From Promethearchaeota archaeon (GTDB lineage Archaea; Asgardarchaeota; Odinarchaeia; Odinarchaeales; JBHLKK01), in contig JBHLPL010000055.1 of assembly GCA_048939465.1 (NCBI GenBank), positions 1-12,550 of the forward strand: DNA of 12,550 nucleotides. Direction: 5' to 3'. The translations under genes and the position numbers were made by a program. This document shows positions 1 to 7,922 of the stretch, one piece after another. Below the pieces are notes generated by a model that was given only the letters and a program-made list of their open reading frames with translations, made no database searches and was not told the origin of the DNA. Position 1 is the first letter of the stretch. Each line of letters opens with the position of its first letter.

Positions 1-1949
1 GTGATATCAAGACGTGCCTTTTCCGGAGTCTTCTCGGCTCCTGCTTGCCAGATGTGATTACCCAAAAGCTTTCTAGCCGCGCCATTTACTATGTGCGTGG
101 CTGTATGATGTCTCATCAAGGCGATCCTTCTTTCCCAATCAATTTTCCCGAGAACCTTTTGTCCTTCTCCAAATCTCGGTGTATCAACTTCATGAACCAC
201 AATCTCACCTATTTTTTCCACGTTAACAACTTTTGATCCATTCAACGTACCCATGTCGTGAGTCTGTCCTCCCCCTGTTGGATAAAACAAAGTTTGGTCT
301 AGCACAACGTATCTTCCGTCTATTATTCTCAATACTTTTGCCTTAAACTCCTTTTTGTATGTCTCTTCGTAGTATCGAAGACGTGTGGGATTTACGCCTT
401 CAAGCCCCTCCTTGAGCTGCTCCGACGGAGTAGTCTCTTCTCTCCTGACCTCCTCCTCGGTTTTTCTCTCGTTAATGCTTACGTAGAAATCTCCGGGGAT
501 GTCTACATGTTGCCCTCTTTTCTCTGCAATCTCCTTTATTACCTCAGGAGATATACCCCTTGATTCATATAGCTCTAGCAAAGTCTCTCGATTGATTCTT
601 TCTTTCTTTTTGAACAACCCCTCAACATATCTTCTTCCTTTTTCGAGGGTACTGTAATACCTTCTGGTTTCAATTTCCAAAATGTCACCGACTAGTTCTT
701 CTGAATTAAGTACTCGAGGATACGATCTCTTAAGGTAGTTGATGTGCCTATAACCGATCTCGGAAAGATCTAGTCCCAATCTGTAAACATCATTCAGACT
801 TATTGCTCTTCGAAGAATCGTTCTAAGGTTGTAGCCTCCTCCGACGTTCGAGGGTATGGCACCGTCGGCCAGTGCAAAAACAAACGTACGCATGTGATCG
901 GCTATCGCATAAATAGCCTCAAGAGGTCCTAATTTACTTTCAAGTTCGCGATGAGGTATCCCTAATCGTGAAGCTATTTCCCGTCTGACACTTTCAATAT
1001 TCCCGACTTCTTCAACATCGATAAGACCCGATAAGATTGTGTATCTGTGCAAAAGTTCTTTATCAACACTTATTCCTGACTCTTTAAACATATAATCGAA
1101 AACAGGTCCAAAAGTTGCCTCATAAATAGTTGGCGTTCCTTGTGTAAACCAGCAGGTCCTCTCAATACCCCAGCCAACATCAATTATCCTGAAATCCATT
1201 TTTTGATAGCTACCGTCTGGCAAGACCTCGTATTGCATAAAGACGTTATTGACAATCTCCAACCCTCTTCCGAATGCTTCGAGGCATGGTCCAAAATTAC
1301 CACCACCGACCCAGATGTCTTCCTTGTACACAACCTCTTCTGGTTTTAGTCTCAGATTCTTGGTTAGAAACTCAAAGTTCAGGTCGATACAGTGATCCAT
1401 CCAGTATCCTTTAAGACCCAACTTCTTAGAATTAAATGAATGTTGTCCCCCCATGACAAAAAGGCTTAAGTGTCTTCCGCTTTTTCCTACATTATCAACA
1501 TCGCTAAAACCTTTTCCGCCAAACCTAACACAAGGTTGCGGCACAACCAAAGGATTTGCAGGTGGTTTTGTTACACCACTCAAAACCCAAGGTTGAAAAT
1601 CAGCTATGGACGCGATTGTGAAGTGTATGTCGTCACGCCACCGCGCGACAACTGGATACTCCTTGATTCTGGTATGCCCATGTTGTTCAAAGAATCCGCA
1701 CCATTTCTCAATTGTTTTATGAAAATCCCAACCCCCGTTTATCCTCTGTTCAATGAACTTGTACCCTCCCACGCACGCTGTATCTCCGCACGATTTTTCA
1801 TCAGGATTCATTGTCCAGAAGTGACCACCACAACCCTCGCACTTTGCTCTGTCAAAACCTTCTCTCCTGAATAGTTCTACTTCGTACTCCTTTCGATTAA
1901 ATATCTTCCTCAGAATCTCTTTTGTAATCAACACGTTCACCCTCGACAT
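1..1949 (-). CDS. alaS: Alanyl-tRNA synthetase, archaeal type; 3'-truncated by the window edge
   Basis: Hand translation gives an uninterrupted minus-strand frame from ATG 1949 to base 1. Motifs: N-terminal Zn knuckle KCEGCGGHFWT..CGDTAC, YPVVARWRDD..FTIASIADFQPWV, IDVGWGIER, ADHMRT..DGAIPSNVGGGYNLRTILRR, DQTLFYPTGGGQ, editing-domain HHTATH. SD-like GAGGGTGA (1944-1937) suggests the true start is TTG 1931. Confidence 0.97.
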   Translation of the reverse strand, partial: MSRVNVLITKEILRKIFNRKEYEVELFRREGFDRAKCEGCGGHFWTMNPDEKSCGDTACVGGYKFIEQRINGGWDFHKTIEKWCGFFEQHGHTRIKEYPVVARWRDDIHFTIASIADFQPWVLSGVTKPPANPLVVPQPCVRFGGKGFSDVDNVGKSGRHLSLFVMGGQHSFNSKKLGLKGYWMDHCIDLNFEFLTKNLRLKPEEVVYKEDIWVGGGNFGPCLEAFGRGLEIVNNVFMQYEVLPDGSYQKMDFRIIDVGWGIERTCWFTQGTPTIYEATFGPVFDYMFKESGISVDKELLHRYTILSGLIDVEEVGNIESVRREIASRLGIPHRELESKLGPLEAIYAIADHMRTFVFALADGAIPSNVGGGYNLRTILRRAISLNDVYRLGLDLSEIGYRHINYLKRSYPRVLNSEELVGDILEIETRRYYSTLEKGRRYVEGLFKKKERINRETLLELYESRGISPEVIKEIAEKRGQHVDIPGDFYVSINERKTEEEVRREETTPSEQLKEGLEGVNPTRLRYYEETYKKEFKAKVLRIIDGRYVVLDQTLFYPTGGGQTHDMGTLNGSKVVNVEKIGEIVVHEVDTPRFGEGQKVLGKIDWERRIALMRHHTATHIVNGAARKLLGNHIWQAGAEKTPEKARLDI

Positions 1950-2023
1950 CGGAACGTGACCCGCAGATTTAGTGTAATCGTCACTTCTAATGGTAGTCTG
2001 TCTATTAATAAGAGTGGGGTTCT

Positions 2024-2072
2024 TCCTAATCCGGAATAATTAGGATAAATTTCAGAACCAAACAAAAAGGAA
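2024..2072 (-). terminator. Putative terminator region after rpl12: oligo-T tract followed by a 7-bp inverted repeat
   Basis: Minus strand TTCCTTTTTGTTTGGTT (2072-2056) lies 15 nt after the rpl12 stop. Inverted repeat TCCTAAT (2024-2030)/ATTAGGA (2039-2045) follows. Confidence 0.4.
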
Positions 2073-2087
2073 TGTGATTGGTTATCT

Positions 2088-2387
2088 TCACCCAAATAGA
2101 GCTCCCAAGCCTGCTGTAGCCTCTTCTTCCTCTTTTACTTCTTCCTTTTTCTTCTTCTCTTCAACAGGTGTCTCAGTCTTCGCTGCTGTTGTAGGCGCTG
2201 CTGCCGGAGCTATTGCAGCCATTTTAGTGGCTTCCTCAATGTTTACATCCTTGAGTGCAGCAACCAATGACTTCACTCGTGCTTCACTAGCTTTCGCTCC
2301 TGCCGCCTCCAAAACTTTACCAACGTTAGCCTCGGTGATTTTCTTTCCGGCCTTGTGGAGCAACATTGCAGCATAGATGTATTCCAT
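2088..2387 (-). CDS. rpl12: Ribosomal stalk protein aP1/L12
   Basis: [20 protein letters not shown]-terminus, Ala/Pro hinge, acidic tail ending GLGALFG. SD GGAGGTG (2400-2394) supports ATG 2387 rather than 2396. Confidence 0.97.
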   Translation of the reverse strand: MEYIYAAMLLHKAGKKITEANVGKVLEAAGAKASEARVKSLVAALKDVNIEEATKMAAIAPAAAPTTAAKTETPVEEKKKKEEVKEEEEATAGLGALFG

Positions 2388-2452
2388 ATCATACACCTCC
2401 GAACTATGAATTGCTTACATGCATCATTTCGATTCTTTCTATTTTCTCTTGA

Positions 2453-3328
2453 TTAAGTGGATTCTTTATACACTAATTTATATAGGGCGTTAGCCTCAGC
2501 TTCTGCTCTGGATAGCGGGGTCTCTATGAGTCCTGGTACGAATATTTGGGCATTTAACGAGAGATTGCTTATCTCCATAGATGCCTTTTGAAGTAAAATG
2601 TGCATATTATCACTTGTTGGATACGCCATATTTACTGATAGGTTAGTTGCTTCTGCATACGCCTTCCCTATTTGACCGAGTATTTTTTCGATATCCGTCT
2701 TTAGATCCTCGCTGGTGAAGATTACGCCGTTTTGATATGCTGCATGCAGAGTCAGCCCAACTTCCATCGGGGTGATACCCAGTTTAGATAGAATCATTGC
2801 TACTTTTCTAGGTACCTCTTCACCCTTTCTGACGATAACTTTGTCTTCTGCCATCCATATTGTCCCTGATCTGATTTTTGTCTTCAGACCCAAATCCCCA
2901 AATTCAGTTATCATAGGACCTGGTGGGAATCCAGTGTTCCCCTCAGGAATGATGATATCTTTTGATGGAATGCTTCCAGGTTTTGCAGGCGCCTTCATTC
3001 TATTACTGTTTAGGAATCTTGCCATCTCAAATGGATCCGTATTGACAAAAAGGAAGGCTATTGTGCCCTCTATCATGTCTATTAGTCCTTCAACATTCCT
3101 CTTCTTTCCCCTAGTCTTCTCTATGGCCCGTTTCATCAACCTATTCTTCGCCATTTTGATAATAGCTTCCCCTCTCAGCCTCTTTCTAATATCTTGAACC
3201 TGTTTTACACTCAGTTCTTCCATCTTTACCAAGCCAATCACATCAAATTCCTCGATATAGCTTGCTAGTTGCTCTACTTCCTTGATTTTCGCCTCAGGAA
3301 CTTCTCTTCTTTGAGCTGAAACACTCAT
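2453..3328 (-). CDS. rplP0: Ribosomal protein uL10/P0; lacks the C-terminal acidic tail
   Basis: RKRLRGEAIIKMAKNRLMKRA, NTGFPPGP, GITPMEVGL and YPT-type stalk helices; position in L1-L10-L12 order. Start is ATG 3328 or GTG 3337. Confidence 0.96.
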   Translation of the reverse strand: MSVSAQRREVPEAKIKEVEQLASYIEEFDVIGLVKMEELSVKQVQDIRKRLRGEAIIKMAKNRLMKRAIEKTRGKKRNVEGLIDMIEGTIAFLFVNTDPFEMARFLNSNRMKAPAKPGSIPSKDIIIPEGNTGFPPGPMITEFGDLGLKTKIRSGTIWMAEDKVIVRKGEEVPRKVAMILSKLGITPMEVGLTLHAAYQNGVIFTSEDLKTDIEKILGQIGKAYAEATNLSVNMAYPTSDNMHILLQKASMEISNLSLNAQIFVPGLIETPLSRAEAEANALYKLVYKEST

Positions 3329-3340
3329 AAAACCCACATC

Positions 3341-4000
3341 CTAGACCTCTAGTTTTGCTGAGGAACCCATGCTTGTCTTAACATAGATTGACTTGACATT
3401 TTGCATTCCTTTATCCAGATTTTCTTTGAGGAACGATAATATCTCCAGAATATTCTCTGCAGTACTTTTATTGTCCATATTCTTGTCTCCGACCTTAACA
3501 TGTATAACTAGGCTCTTCTTCATCGCTATTCGCACGGTTTTACGGTATTTTTCTAGGACAGGTTTAATATCTGATGTTGGCGGAATAATACCTCCTGGTT
3601 TGGGCATTTTTCCTCTGGGTCCGAGGATCGGTCCCAGAAATCTCCCGATCAGAGGCATCATGTCTGCACTCGCGATGAAGAAATCGTTTTCATCCACTAT
3701 TCTCTTGGCTGATTTCTTATCAGCGGCTAGTCTCTCCAAGTCCTCTCTTGATAAAACTAAATCTGCTCCCTCTTTCTTAGCTTGAATTGCCAAATCGCCC
3801 ATGGCTATGACACATATTCTTGGTTTCTTACTAGCGGTATTTGGCACAACTAATTCTGCTTCTATTCTGCTCTCTGGTCGTTTGAGATCTATCCCCCTCA
3901 GATTAACGGTTAGGTCGATCGACTCCACAAAGTTCCTTGTTTTTGCCTTGCTTTTTACTTCAGCAACAGTTTCTGCAATTCTATCAATGCTTACTGACAT
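3341..4000 (-). CDS. rpl1: Ribosomal protein uL1
   Basis: RNFVESIDLTVNLRGIDLK, LGPILGPRGKMPKP, VYVKTSMG-like terminal motif (IYVKTSMG). Confidence 0.97.
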   Translation of the reverse strand: MSVSIDRIAETVAEVKSKAKTRNFVESIDLTVNLRGIDLKRPESRIEAELVVPNTASKKPRICVIAMGDLAIQAKKEGADLVLSREDLERLAADKKSAKRIVDENDFFIASADMMPLIGRFLGPILGPRGKMPKPGGIIPPTSDIKPVLEKYRKTVRIAMKKSLVIHVKVGDKNMDNKSTAENILEILSFLKENLDKGMQNVKSIYVKTSMGSSAKLEV

Positions 4001-4152
4001 ATTCCTAAACCCCAGAATATACTAAAGGGAGATCATAATCCTTAAGATTGGAATTGGTCGAAGTTGTAGGAAAGGGATTTGCAAGCTTTCTATTTAACTT
4101 TATCTTTTTTCCCAAGACTCCGTCTGAAAGGGTGAAGATGAATTGCGTTGAA

Positions 4153-4189
4153 TTTAAATAAATTTTCTGGTAATTGAGTTTTGGGTAAG
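4153..4189 (-). promoter_or_regulatory. Putative BRE/TATA promoter for rpl1-rplP0-rpl12; possibly bidirectional
   Basis: Minus strand CTTACCCAAAA-CTCAA-TTACCAGAAAA-TTTATTTAAA: purine run followed by a TATA-like box. The plus strand reads TTTAAATA (4153-4160). Confidence 0.5.
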
Positions 4190-4478
4190 ACACTCGTAAG
4201 AGGAAGCTTGCCTAACGGCATGGTGTAGCATTCAGTCTGGGAGCACAGGCCTTGTGGGTGTATCCCGCTTGGCGGGGCAGCTGAGTGCCTGTGGCACAGT
4301 ATGGAGCGAACCAGCCTGAAGTTTGAAAGCTTTCCTGTGCAGCCCTGAATTCGGAGCACAGAAGCCCCCCTCTGCGAAGCCAAAGTGTCCTTAGGTGCGT
4401 AAATCAGGGAGAAGGAGGAAACTCTTTACGAAGGCCGGGAGCAGTTCGCCTGGAGAAATCTATATCTCTCTTTCCTGA
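4183..4478 (+). ncRNA. Candidate structured ncRNA of unknown family between rpl11 and rpl1
   Basis: About 56% GC over 4201-4440 (hand count), with G exceeding C on the plus strand and no credible ORF. Helices: AAGGAG-GAAA-CUCUUU (4412-4427), CUC-GUAA-GAG (4193-4202), UCCCGC/GCGGGG (4263-4277), CUGUGC/GCACAG (4335-4361), UCAGGGAG/UUUCCUGA (4404-4411/4471-4478), UAAG-ACACU/AGUGU-C-CUUA (4186-4194/4384-4393). Some helices are slightly better on the minus strand, so strand is not certain. Confidence 0.5.
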
Positions 4479-4494
4479 AATATATTACTGAAAT

Positions 4495-4989
4495 CTAGGT
4501 TCCTTCAGCTTTTGAGATTAGCTCGTCGAATTCTCCTTGATCTATTTTCCTTTGAATGTCCCTCGGGTCTTCTCCGTCTATAGTTATACCCATGCTAACG
4601 CATGTGCCAAGTACGGTTTTGACAGCTCTTTTTAGACCTCTGTCAAACATTAGGTCTTTTTTCGCGTTTGCGATTTTGACTACCTGTTCTAACTTAATGC
4701 TGCTAACCTTTTCTTCGCTAGGGTTCTGACTTCCCTTACTAACACCGGCCTCTTTAAGAATAAGTGCTGATGTAGGAGGAACCCCTATCTCAACCTCGAA
4801 TTCCTTAGTTTCTTCGTCAACTATTATCTTAACTGGCACTTTAAGACCGGTCAAATCCTTGGTCAGTTCGTTTATTTTTGTAACTACCGCATAAAGGTTC
4901 ACGCCCGTGGGTCCAAGCATCGGTCCAACTGGAGGACCAGCACTGGCTTTTCCTCCCTCAACCATTGTTTCAACGCTTAGCTTACCCAT
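4495..4989 (-). CDS. rpl11: Ribosomal protein uL11
   Basis: VEGGKASAGPPVGPMLGPTG, VPPTSALI, VKTVLGTCVSMG; SD GAGGGTGA (5003-4996). Confidence 0.97.
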   Translation of the reverse strand: MGKLSVETMVEGGKASAGPPVGPMLGPTGVNLYAVVTKINELTKDLTGLKVPVKIIVDEETKEFEVEIGVPPTSALILKEAGVSKGSQNPSEEKVSSIKLEQVVKIANAKKDLMFDRGLKRAVKTVLGTCVSMGITIDGEDPRDIQRKIDQGEFDELISKAEGT

Positions 4990-5065
4990 TTTGAATCACC
5001 CTCAAATAACCATGGAGAAAACGTTCAAACCAATTATAAAATTTTCGCATATCAAAGGCGGACCG

Positions 5066-5581
5066 CTAGAGGTGAAATTCCTCCTCTTCCTCCTCTTCCT
5101 CCTCAAACTTGCTCGTCTTTTCGACTAGCTTAATATAATCTGCATGCACCTTTATGGGAATTGGATATGCAGATTCAAGGAGTTCAAGGACAACTTCGCT
5201 TTTTGAAGCATCTATCCTCGAAACCTTGGCCCTCTCTCCCTTGAATGGACCACCGATGATCTCGACAGTATCGCCAACGTCTAGTCCCTCTGTGGCCGGT
5301 CTAGGCACAAGTGCATGTTCTATCTCTGATATGTCCACTTTTCCTACGACTTTGCCCCTCACGTGAGGTATTCCCGATATAACTTTATCTACTTCCTGTT
5401 GGCTTCCCGCCTCTACAAAAACATAGCCTCTCAAAAGCCAGGAAACTAGTACGGCTTTTAGGTTTGCTTTTAATGTTTTTGCTCTTGCCTTGATCATCTC
5501 TGCTACGCCTTTTTCCTGACCTATAATCGTTCTAATGGCATAAATGCTGGTCTTAGCTCTCGAAATTGCCATAATACGCAT
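5066..5581 (-). CDS. spt5: Transcription elongation factor Spt5/NusG (NGN + KOW)
   Basis: RTIIGQEK, LRGYVFVEA, KOW GDTVEIIGGPFKGERAKV. Alternative ATG at 5572. Confidence 0.96.
   Translation of the reverse strand: MRIMAISRAKTSIYAIRTIIGQEKGVAEMIKARAKTLKANLKAVLVSWLLRGYVFVEAGSQQEVDKVISGIPHVRGKVVGKVDISEIEHALVPRPATEGLDVGDTVEIIGGPFKGERAKVSRIDASKSEVVLELLESAYPIPIKVHADYIKLVEKTSKFEEEEEEEEEFHL
5078..5104. repeat. Perfect 9-nt tandem repeat (TTCCTCCTC)x3 encoding nine Glu at the Spt5 C-terminus
   Basis: Units at 5078-5086, 5087-5095 and 5096-5104; the minus strand reads (GAG GAG GAA)x3. Confidence 0.9.
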
Positions 5582-5591
5582 CTCCGCTCTC

Positions 5592-5762
5592 CTAAAAACC
5601 CGTGAATGCCCAGAATAATATTCTAATTATGAATGCTAATACTCCCAAAACCAATATGGCAAGTAGACTCATTCTGACTCCGTAATTGACTTCTTTTAGG
5701 GTAGGCTTCCTGGAAAGCCTAATGACTCTCTTAGCTTTTTCTATGAAATCCCTCAATCCCAT
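5592..5762 (-). CDS. secE: Preprotein translocase subunit SecE/Sec61-gamma (56 aa)
   Basis: RVIRLSRKPT followed by one hydrophobic TM segment; ftsZ-secE-spt5 order. ATG 5762 is preferred over the ORF-track start, which overlaps ftsZ. Confidence 0.93.
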   Translation of the reverse strand: MGLRDFIEKAKRVIRLSRKPTLKEVNYGVRMSLLAILVLGVLAFIIRILFWAFTGF

Positions 5763-5787
5763 TCTCAGAACCCCAAAGGAAGCTGCT

Positions 5788-6864
5788 TCAAAGTTCTTCA
5801 AGCCCTAAGTCTTTCCCTAGGTTATTAACCTTTTCCCCGTTTGCGCCAAAAATGTACGGAGATCTAACGCCTGAGACTATGATTATTACTTGGACTTTAT
5901 CTTTTAGCGAATCGTCTATTATTGCGCCCCAAATTATCTCGGCGTCGGGTTGGAGCTTATCTGAAACAACTTTGACTGCGGTTTGCGCTTCTTTTAGTGT
6001 CATATCTGAACTTCCATTTACGTTTATCAGCGCGGCGTTGGCCCCTTCTATGTCCACATCCAAAAGTGGATTATTCAATGCGTTTTCTACTGCATCTATG
6101 GCTCTGTCATTGTTATCCGATTCTCCCATCGCAATAATTGCCACTCCACGATTCTTCATGATAGTCCTGACATCAGCAAAGTCTAAGTTTACTAGTCCTG
6201 GCCTGGTTACCAGCTCAGCTATGCCTTTGACCCCTCGTATAAGCACTTCATCTGCCACCTTAAACGCCTCAGAGATGCTCAAATCAGGTGCAAACTCCAG
6301 AAGCCTATCATTTGGAATCACGATAACGGTATCTGAAGCTTTCAGAAGCTTTTTTAGGCCCTTTGCTGCGTTTTCCTGTCTTTTTTTGCCCTCAACTTTG
6401 AATGGCAAGGTCACTATTGAGACCGTCAACGCATTCTGTTTTTTTGCAGCTTCGGCAAAAATCGGTGCTGCCCCTGTGCCGGTTCCGCCACCGAGTCCAC
6501 ATGTAATAAACACCATGTCGGCCTTTACCGAGTTTCTGATATCGTCAATGTTCTCCCTTGCAGCCGCTTCTCCGACGTCTGGATTATTACCTGCCCCAAG
6601 TCCACCTGTTAATTCTTTTCCAATAAGGAGCTTGTAATGAGATTTGGTATGAAGTAAGTCCTGAGCATCCGTGTTCACGGCAAGCGTTTCAGCTCCATCT
6701 ATGCCTGCTTCCATTAAGCGGGTTGTTGTATTGCCTCCCGCTCCGCCGATACCTATGGATAGAATCTTGGCTTTTACGTTTCTCAAGACTTCCTCCAGAT
6801 GAGTGTCTGTTATGTGATCTTCTGTACGGGCTTTCTTTAGGGCTGTTTCTATGAGCGAACGCAT
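5788..6864 (-). CDS. ftsZ: Cell division protein FtsZ (FtsZ1-like), 358 aa
   Basis: GIGGAGGN, GGGTGTG tubulin signature, NLDFADV T7 loop, IIWGA. SD GAGGGTG (6877-6871) precedes ATG 6864 (MRSLIETAL). Confidence 0.97.
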   Translation of the reverse strand: MRSLIETALKKARTEDHITDTHLEEVLRNVKAKILSIGIGGAGGNTTTRLMEAGIDGAETLAVNTDAQDLLHTKSHYKLLIGKELTGGLGAGNNPDVGEAAARENIDDIRNSVKADMVFITCGLGGGTGTGAAPIFAEAAKKQNALTVSIVTLPFKVEGKKRQENAAKGLKKLLKASDTVIVIPNDRLLEFAPDLSISEAFKVADEVLIRGVKGIAELVTRPGLVNLDFADVRTIMKNRGVAIIAMGESDNNDRAIDAVENALNNPLLDVDIEGANAALINVNGSSDMTLKEAQTAVKVVSDKLQPDAEIIWGAIIDDSLKDKVQVIIIVSGVRSPYIFGANGEKVNNLGKDLGLEEL

Positions 6865-6930
6865 TATGAGCACCCTCAATCGAAAAACGAGATTAAGTCG
6901 GGATAATCTAAGCTTAACTTCTTTTTTTTC

Positions 6931-6953
6931 CAATAAATTCTTTTCTTTGGTAG
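6931..6953 (-). promoter_or_regulatory. Possible ftsZ promoter (BRE + TATA-like)
   Basis: Minus strand CTACCAAAGAAAAGAATTTATTG about 70 nt upstream of the ftsZ ATG; resembles the two r-protein promoter-like sites. Confidence 0.3.
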
Positions 6954-7061
6954 TCTTCAAGAATCAGATCTTATTACCCCAGTAATACGCTAGTATATAT
7001 GATGCAATTATAGAGTCGTCAGCTTCTAAGTGACCAAAGGCGCCATTCAGCATGGATTTGG

Positions 7062-7910
7062 CTATGACGAAGGATACTTCGAAGCAAAATCGCTGGCTTT
7101 TCCAACGTCAACTTGCATATTTCCGGCCATTTCTGTTATCCTAATCCTCTCCTTTCCTTTAACACCCTTCCAATCAAAAATTAGCATTTCGGCTCCATCG
7201 GCAGTCTTCTCTATAGCTTGCTTCAACATTTCTTCATTGATGTAGATAGTAGCGTGCTTTGGAATTATATGACCAACAGCGACTTCCGTATTCAATCCAA
7301 GCTTAGTGAATTTTGGGGCATAGTGCCCCCCTCCTACTCCTATTGCTCTCAACCCTTTTCTCGGAGGGTTAATCGAAGATATAATTGCCTTAGCTGCTGC
7401 CAATCCTGCTTTTTTGTTCTGCCATCTTTCAGCTGTACTCCCGATTTCTACATACATGACTGGGATATCAAGAGAGGGGCCATGATGTGTTGCTTCATAG
7501 CTGACTCTGTACTCCTTCAGACCAAGCTCGATCTTTGCTGCTAATAGCCTTTTTAGAGCAGATTTCATCTCGTATGCTGGGGCGATAGAGACTCTCCTAT
7601 CTTTGCCCCCAAATTCCGCCTTGTTCAAATTACCCGGAACGTGAACAGTCAAGACCGGTAGTTTACTTTCACTTGAATGTCTGGAGGCACATATCACGAG
7701 TTCTGGCGAAAAGGACTCTGTAATATGGGACGCATAAATAGTATCTCTTGTAGTAAGCGCCAACTCAACTTTTTTTCCACTGATGACCGTATGACGGACA
7801 ATACTCTCGTCAAATGTTTTGTTGGTCTCCTCAAAACTGCAAATTGAACGTAATTGTTCAATAATATTCATGCCAGCAACATCCATTGTAGAAGCCAGAA
7901 CCAGTATCAA
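7062..7910 (-). CDS. dtdA: D-aminoacyl-tRNA deacylase, archaeal/plant DTD2 type
   Basis: SRHSSES, LTVHVPGN, EATHHGPS, YVEIGS, GVGGGHYAPKF. TTG start with an in-frame stop just upstream; adjacency to ftsZ is typical of archaea. Confidence 0.93.
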   Translation of the reverse strand: MILVLASTMDVAGMNIIEQLRSICSFEETNKTFDESIVRHTVISGKKVELALTTRDTIYASHITESFSPELVICASRHSSESKLPVLTVHVPGNLNKAEFGGKDRRVSIAPAYEMKSALKRLLAAKIELGLKEYRVSYEATHHGPSLDIPVMYVEIGSTAERWQNKKAGLAAAKAIISSINPPRKGLRAIGVGGGHYAPKFTKLGLNTEVAVGHIIPKHATIYINEEMLKQAIEKTADGAEMLIFDWKGVKGKERIRITEMAGNMQVDVGKASDFASKYPSS

Positions 7911-7922
7911 ACTACTATCCCC

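Noticed and set aside
4081-4211. 10/11 inverted repeat GCAAGCTTTCT / AGGAAGCTTGC flanking the rpl1 promoter
   Set aside because: Six of the matches come from the self-complementary AAGCTT, so chance is plausible.
4200-4370. RNase P RNA (GAGGAAGCUUGCC as CR I, ACAGAA as CR V)
   Set aside because: The bases after ACAGAA (GCCCCCCU) cannot form P4 with AGCUUGCCU, and the conserved UC is UU. A permuted reading using GAGGAAACUC at 4415 also fails P4.
4005-4383. Minus-strand ORFs 4090..4383 and 4005..4193
   Set aside because: No recognisable family or SD; they overlap each other and the promoter-like box; composition is unlike the neighbouring genes.
4428-4449. SRP RNA helix 8 (AAGGCC-GGGAGCAG)
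   Set aside because: No GNRA apical loop and no closing pair below the AAGG/AGCA loop; too little sequence remains for the returning helix 5 strand.
5852-6637. 261-aa plus-strand ORF and other plus-strand ORFs (1470..1874, 2074..2376, 2772..3197, 3393..3785, 8176..8442, etc.)
   Set aside because: Antisense shadows of well-supported conserved genes.
6865-6960. 32-aa N-terminal extension of FtsZ in the ORF track
   Set aside because: The SD and family-typical N-terminus point to ATG 6864; the extension covers the promoter-like region.
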